Shown here: one piece after another, positions 59,601 through 64,000 of the stretch
Numbering within the stretch: position 1 is the first letter of the stretch
Layout of the letters: every line of letters begins with the position of its first letter
Source of the DNA: Capsulimonadaceae bacterium
GTDB taxonomy: Bacteria > Armatimonadota > Armatimonadia > Armatimonadales > Capsulimonadaceae
Direction: 5' to 3'
NCBI GenBank assembly: GCA_965215505.1
Contig: OZ244065.1
Coordinates: forward strand, 4,512,001-4,576,000
DNA: 64,000 nt
Program-made: the position numbers and the translations under genes
The notes under the pieces: model-generated
Database searches by the model: none
Told to the model about the DNA's origin: nothing
What the model saw: the letters and a program-made list of their open reading frames with translations, nothing else

Positions 59601-59723
59601 GTACGAACTCACCCGCCGTTCGGGAACGACGCGGTTGGTGATGCCCTCGCCATCAAACTCGTGATGCTGCTTTGGTTCGTGATATGGGCTGTTGATGATG
59701 GGGTTTTTGATGACTTCAGGCAT
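56655..59723 (-). CDS. Type III-like restriction helicase-nuclease (Res, BPTD_3080-like)
   Basis: TGGGKT, DEGHH, SAT, EGWD, QVVGRALR, C-terminal YFPDF...IEV. Confidence 0.92.
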   Translation of the reverse strand: MPEVIKNPIINSPYHEPKQHHEFDGEGITNRVVPERRVSSYFSPIPKVKSRKAQMAVLPGMDEPVPEKVEENRYINELRAYVKVWRSGERRYEGVTRTTRLLLDYWQDEGRFRRLFFAQIEAAETAIFLTEVVPNIPQYRHFAVTLSAANETASSTLQRTAFKLCTGGGKTAVMGMLIAWHTLNKLANPQNPKFADAFLLVAPGITIRDRLRVLLPSDPNNYYADLELVPPHLRDDMNRAKIALVNFHAFRLRDTGDAAALTKKLLTGKDVSPFLETPAQMVARVCRDLGTKKNVVVLNDEGHHCWTRKPDTDAAAAMTALTAEEKRALQKESKAAHLWHTGLEHVKAKLGVRAIYDLSATPFFLKGSGYPEGALFPWVASDFSLIDGIESGIVKVPRVPVSDDTMASEGPKFRNLWVNIKHGLPKAGRGKTAERASEDPNLPKELEAALDALYTNYRKFYERWEGSPAARAATTPPVFIVVCQNTQISKLVYDYVAGYEITLNDGKTKKLKRGEFDLFSNVSEDAQWLHRPNTILVDSEQLDSGEGLTDDFKKIAAREIEEFKSEYRIRYPGRDSDDLDDEDILREVMNTVGKRGKLGEGVRCVVSVSMLTEGWDANTVTHVLGVCAFGTQLLCEQVVGRALRRMSYAPNEHGMLEPEYAEVFGVPFSFIPSAGTPTDPQPGPIPTRVRALEERREACEIRFPRVLGYRFDLPTERLTADFQLDHHYSLSTKDIPMDTENAPIIGESVTISVEEARHRRVQEVEFYLAHLILKRYFPTGSGNDKSWLFPQVLSITKRWMKDCLHCGDRTFPQLLRFREPADEAAEKIYGGIVNGGQDTPVKRLLPILRPYEYVGTTRHVDYLTTRPTYVTRADKCHISHVVCDTDSWEQKMAQVLEEMDEVRCYVKNHNIGFTIPYTLAGKERQYFPDFIAHVDDGYGKNDPLQLIIEVTGLRKNDKQQKAMTAKGFWVPAVNNYGATNYQTFGRWSYIEIADPWEAASVIRGHIANDPFAHWFPTRKEEN

Positions 59724-60294
59724 GGGGTCCGTTTCTCGTGCGCGGGATGCACCGAGAAATTCCACAAAGCGGCCTTGAACTCCTGCACGATTATCCCAAA
59801 GCCTGATAGCGCGATTGGCGGCAGGCACTCCTGCACGCGCTACAAGCCTCCTCGAAGACGTTGACGGTGTCCGGTCATCACGACGCCTGGAAATGCGTCC
59901 TGGGGGTGTTCTGCGCGGTCCTGAGGCATATGGACGAGACAAACCGGGGGCGCACCGAAACCGGACGGCGGGCGCACCACCGGGTAGCCTGGAGCATGAC
60001 GGTGCCAGACACCGCAAATACCTTCCGCCAGAATGCCGATGACGAGGATGACGGTAAGCCACTCCTCCAACTTGACGCTTCCAGAGACCGAGGGGAGACA
60101 GGAACACAGAGATGCCCCGGTCGAGATGGCGACTTCTGAGTGCGAGTTGTAACCACATGAATGATAGACGTATGTCTAAAAAATGGTGTGGTTCCGGGGT
60201 ATCATGAACGCGGTGCAGGTGGGGACCACTTTTATCCCGAAGCACCTCTATGTAGGATGATCCGAGATCATCCCTGATAAAGGAAGCCAACACA

Positions 60295-62325
60295 ATGGAT
60301 AAAATATGGACCCCCGACGCCCTCGTCCGGGAACTCGAAACGATGACGCCTGCCCATGCCGTGGATGTGACGGGGAGCATTGACCCGCGCAGATGTTCGA
60401 CGCCCCTCATCGACCGCATCCTGATCGATGGCGAGGTCATCGAACTGTCTCTCGTCGGTGGTCGCTACGGCGCGGGCAAGGTGCGTGTCTCCACCAAACG
60501 CCAGCGCACGGGCAAAGAGGCCAACCCGGACGGATTCAGCGAGAGCGACCAGGTCAGGCGCATCATCAACCACTTCGTGGCCCTGCGCCAGAGTTTCCGC
60601 ATCTTCACCGACTGCGGACTGAGCGGCAGCCTCCCGCCCAACGACCCGTACCTGATGAAGAAAATGTGGACCAAGAAGGCCGTCATGTACGGGCGCATCT
60701 TCGACAAGGTCTTCCTGTCCGAGTTCGCTGCCGAGAAGTTCACGAAGCTGCAGTTGCTCGAACTCAAGGGATACCGGGACGCCCGCGTCAAGAAAATCCT
60801 CGCGGGCAAGCTGGGCGTCGAGGAAGAACCGGTCGAGCCTGAGGACCCGGAGGCCGAAACCGAGAAGCTGGTTCTCCGGGGGCGGCCCCGGATCACGCTC
60901 GACTACCGACCGGGGCTGACCCTGCTGATGCAGTCGCTGGACGAAATTCACACGGTGGCCGTCACGGACCTGTCGCGCCTGTGCCGCTCCCAGGTCCTGG
61001 CGGCGGAACTGGCTGAACAGTTCATCGAGCACAAGGTCAAGCTGGAGGGCCTCGTCGAGACGATCAAGTTCTTCAACAGCACCGAGTTCGGCGACGAGAT
61101 CGCCAAGGTCGTCCTGTCCATGCTGGCGGAGCAGAAACTTCAGGAGGTGTGTCTGCACTCCCTGCGCGGCCTATACGCGATGCTGGAGTCGGGTAGGCCC
61201 CACGGCACGCCACCGCACTGGATTACCAAGAACGAGAACGGCAAGGCCGTCCTGAAGCCCGGACCCGCCGAAACCGTCAAGGAGATCGTGGAGATGTACC
61301 TCTCCTCGGACGACGTGTCGGCCAACGTGATCCGCAACTCGCTGCGCGAACGCGGCGTGAAGATGCCTTCGGGCCGCGAGTACGGTACTCACACCATCTA
61401 TCACCTCCTGAAGAACCCCGCCCTCATGGGCGTGCAGAAGAACTTCGGCATCTCCTGGCACATTTACCCCGCCTTGGTGACCCCGGAGCAGTTTGAGTTA
61501 ATCCAGATCAAGGTGACGCGCAGGCGCAGTTACCGGTACTCCAACAACAGCGTCAAGGAGAAGGACGGCTACCTGATGACATCCATGGTCAGGTGCCACT
61601 GCGGGACAGCCGTCGTCCACGCCGTGACAGGCAGGCGCGTCCATCTCTACCGCTGTCGGCGAAAGAACGAGAGCGGGGCGTCCCACCACGGCGCGATCTA
61701 CCACGACTCGCTGAACGACTTCATCAACGGCCTGATGTCCGCACACCCGCTCGTCGTGTTGGGGTCATTCAAGAACGACGCCAAGTACACCGAACTGAAG
61801 GCGCAGATCAAGCACCTGGAGCATCAGGCGGCGGAACTGAAGGTCCAGCAGCGTATGGCGCACGAGGCGGCCAGGAACCGGGCGGTCGAGCAACTGGCCC
61901 TCTCCAACATCGACGACAGCAACCCCATGTTCTCGGCGACGGTGGACACGCTGACGAGGGCGTTCCTCGTGGACAAGAACGAGCACGCCCAGCACATCGA
62001 GGACACCCTGACGAAGCTGCGCCTGAAGCTGAACGGCCTTGTACCCGCGGATAAGTTCCTGACGATTGAGGAGCGGGTCCGCTGCTGGAACGGCCTGAGC
62101 AACACCGAGAAGAACACGATCCTGTTGCTGCTCTTCGAGAAGTTTCAACTGAGGAAGGTCGACGGCCAGCAGTTCCTGGAGGTGCGGCTGAACAACTCGA
62201 CGCGCACGGTCATGCCGCTCATCCCGCTGATCCTGCCCGCAGGACGGGTCCGCAACCGGACGTGTCTGCTGCCGACGGTGGAGGAGTGGCTACTCGGCTT
62301 CACGAGCGTAGAGGAACAGCCGTAG
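60295..62325 (+). CDS. Large serine recombinase, atypical
   Basis: RVST..Q, D.GLSG, RPGL, DLSRL.R, recombinase domain, CHCG...YRC zinc ribbon, coiled coil. Confidence 0.88.
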   Translation: MDKIWTPDALVRELETMTPAHAVDVTGSIDPRRCSTPLIDRILIDGEVIELSLVGGRYGAGKVRVSTKRQRTGKEANPDGFSESDQVRRIINHFVALRQSFRIFTDCGLSGSLPPNDPYLMKKMWTKKAVMYGRIFDKVFLSEFAAEKFTKLQLLELKGYRDARVKKILAGKLGVEEEPVEPEDPEAETEKLVLRGRPRITLDYRPGLTLLMQSLDEIHTVAVTDLSRLCRSQVLAAELAEQFIEHKVKLEGLVETIKFFNSTEFGDEIAKVVLSMLAEQKLQEVCLHSLRGLYAMLESGRPHGTPPHWITKNENGKAVLKPGPAETVKEIVEMYLSSDDVSANVIRNSLRERGVKMPSGREYGTHTIYHLLKNPALMGVQKNFGISWHIYPALVTPEQFELIQIKVTRRRSYRYSNNSVKEKDGYLMTSMVRCHCGTAVVHAVTGRRVHLYRCRRKNESGASHHGAIYHDSLNDFINGLMSAHPLVVLGSFKNDAKYTELKAQIKHLEHQAAELKVQQRMAHEAARNRAVEQLALSNIDDSNPMFSATVDTLTRAFLVDKNEHAQHIEDTLTKLRLKLNGLVPADKFLTIEERVRCWNGLSNTEKNTILLLLFEKFQLRKVDGQQFLEVRLNNSTRTVMPLIPLILPAGRVRNRTCLLPTVEEWLLGFTSVEEQP

Positions 62326-62508
62326 GCCATGGAAGGCCCGCACGTGCCGCTCCTCGCCCCCCTTTTCGGCCATGGCCGAGAGGTTGCGGGCTACAAGGTC
62401 CCGGTTCCGGTGTAGGTCGGGGTGGCATTGGTCCTCGGGCGCGGCCTGAATAAGTCGGGCCAGGTGGAGGTAGTCATCGCGTGTCGGATTCTCGGTGAAG
62501 ATGCTCAT
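62290..62508 (-). CDS. Small hypothetical protein
   Basis: 72-aa ORF convergent with the recombinase. Confidence 0.35.
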   Translation of the reverse strand: MSIFTENPTRDDYLHLARLIQAAPEDQCHPDLHRNRDLVARNLSAMAEKGGEERHVRAFHGLRLFLYAREAE

Positions 62509-62633
62509 GTGGTTCTACCCTGTCTGCTCATTCATGGCGTCCATGCTGGTGATGTTCGGCATAGAGCCTCCCAGAACATTCTACCCCAAACTCGCATCGG
62601 CCAGGACCACCCGGTCCTGGCCGATGCGTCCGT

Positions 62634-64000
62634 CTACTGCCGCGCCAGCCAATTCCGCTTCTGCGCCTCGATGATCGCCGTCGCGTGCCGCTCGCGCTCC
62701 TCCCGATGGCGTTGGACGCGCCCCTCCGCCCTGCCCAGCGTCCCCTGCTCCTGCGCGATCTGGTCCAACACCGCGACGGACACGTCCACCGCACGCCAGT
62801 GTCCGTCATCGGCATGGGCAAGGCCATGACCGTCCAGCTTCCCGAGGGCGAGCCTGACCGTGGGCCGCGTCTTGCCCGTGCGCGCCACGATCTCCGCCTC
62901 CGTCAGCCCCGGAGCCGCCTGTAACGTTGTCCAGCAGGCCAGGGCCGACTTACCCAGCGCAAGGCTGTGCCAGACGTCGTGGGCCTCCGAGTTCCGTACA
63001 CTAACCCCTACAAGGGCGTAGGCTTCGCCTACTGTACGGGTTTGGGATTGGTTCTCCCCGCTGGCGGGGGGAGGGCAGACCGGTTCCTGGGCGACAGGAA
63101 CGTACTCCGAGAGGACGTGGACGGCCAGGGAGTAGCGGGCACTGCGCGCCGCCCCATCCTGACCCTCCAAGTGGACCAAGCCCGCTTTCACCAGCCGAGA
63201 CAGAGCCGCGCACGCCGTCTCCTTGTTGACCCCTGCCAACTCCGCCACCTCGCGCACCGACCCCCGGAACGGTATCCCGCCGTCCATCCGCATCCGCTGG
63301 CACAGGGCCAGGTACACGGCCCGGTCGGTGTTGCCCGTCCTTCCGGGCCACGGGCGGGCTTCGGCCCAGCGCATGAAGGCCGAGGAGTGAGGATCGCCTG
63401 GCCTGCGGGATGAGGCCCGGTCGGGCGGCCTCTGCTTCATGCGGGCCTGATCGAGCACCGACCGCTTGAAGTGCGTCTCGCCCACCTTGGCGTAGTGCGG
63501 CGGCGGGAAGAGCGAGAGGAGGTACATGATGTCGGCGTCACCATAGCCGACGCCGATCAGCGACAGGCAGACCGCGAACTCGGCCTCGCTGTCCGAGTGG
63601 TAGGCCGAGGTGTCCTGCTCGACGAGCACCCGGTCCGCGACCACGGGCAGTTCGTGCATCTTCCCCCTGGCCCTGCGGCGGCCCACCGTCTCCAGGCCCA
63701 GTCCGAGCACGCCGAGCGTGTCCAGGGACACCAGCGGCGGCTGCGGGCCTGCGCGGTGCAGCCACTCGTAGACCATGCCCGACGGATGAAGGCTGGGCGG
63801 GGCGACGGTGTACTTGCGGTTGCCGAGGACGTCCACGTCGCCTACCTTCGCGTTCGCGACTTCCCCATCCTGGCACCGGAGCCAGTATTGCCCGCCGTCC
63901 ACGCCGTTCCGGGGCCAGGCCGCGATGCTGAGGGTCGCCAGGCCGTGGCCGATTCGCTGGAAGGACCCTTCGGAGTCGCAGTCCAGGACGAACAGGTTCC
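62634..64000 (-). CDS. Primase/polymerase (Prim-Pol) replication protein with C-terminal HTH domains; 5'-truncated
   Basis: Frame open to the window end: VLDCD, YTVAPPSLHPSG..YEW, SDSEAEF, SVREVAELAGV wHTH. Confidence 0.8.
   Translation of the reverse strand, partial: NLFVLDCDSEGSFQRIGHGLATLSIAAWPRNGVDGGQYWLRCQDGEVANAKVGDVDVLGNRKYTVAPPSLHPSGMVYEWLHRAGPQPPLVSLDTLGVLGLGLETVGRRRARGKMHELPVVADRVLVEQDTSAYHSDSEAEFAVCLSLIGVGYGDADIMYLLSLFPPPHYAKVGETHFKRSVLDQARMKQRPPDRASSRRPGDPHSSAFMRWAEARPWPGRTGNTDRAVYLALCQRMRMDGGIPFRGSVREVAELAGVNKETACAALSRLVKAGLVHLEGQDGAARSARYSLAVHVLSEYVPVAQEPVCPPPASGENQSQTRTVGEAYALVGVSVRNSEAHDVWHSLALGKSALACWTTLQAAPGLTEAEIVARTGKTRPTVRLALGKLDGHGLAHADDGHWRAVDVSVAVLDQIAQEQGTLGRAEGRVQRHREERERHATAIIEAQKRNWLARQ

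Larger units (their letters stand above)
52000..64000. mobile_element. Probable integrated element (serine-integrase island or plasmid); left boundary approximate
   Basis: Recombinase, Rep, R-M and nucleases cluster; gene content changes abruptly after the signalling cluster. Confidence 0.7.

Noticed and set aside
59724-60440. 239-aa N-terminal extension of Res in the ORF track
   Set aside because: Low-complexity read-through overlapping the recombinase start; family-like sequence begins at MPEVIKNPIINSPY (59723).
1-64000. tRNA or rRNA genes
   Set aside because: No cloverleaf with a canonical T-arm or rRNA-like tract seen by eye; tRNAscan-SE and barrnap would confirm.

Overview
GC-rich bacterial chromosome segment. 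The gene repertoire (prepilin/H-X9-DG protein, cyclase-STAND-TPR paralogs, Uma2, REP elements) suggests Armatimonadota or a similar soil lineage; this is inference only. Bases 1-40 kb hold housekeeping and metabolic genes (nagZ, anmK, cysK, rbsK, gltX, miaB, mutS, cysS), four toxin-antitoxin-like pairs, several REP/REPIN palindrome families and an integrase-less integron cassette array (three attC sites plus an attI-like site, 10.7-13.1 kb). At 40.2-42.4 kb a decayed IS200/IS605 element carries a tnpB whose zinc-finger segment between RuvC-II and RuvC-III is replaced by a 470-bp antisense ZnF-HNH reading frame. A cyclic-nucleotide signalling cluster follows at 42.4-52 kb (two adenylate cyclase-STAND-TPR genes, Crp with a consensus CRP box, PAS/GAF-PP2C). 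From about 52 kb to the window end lies a probable integrated element: Fe-S PD-(D/E)XK nuclease plus LAGLIDADG endonuclease, a Type III-like R-M pair, an atypical large serine recombinase and a PrimPol-type Rep. No CRISPR array, tRNA or rRNA was seen. Several single-base frameshifts at homopolymers may be assembly errors. All family calls come from motif recognition by eye; no database searches were run.
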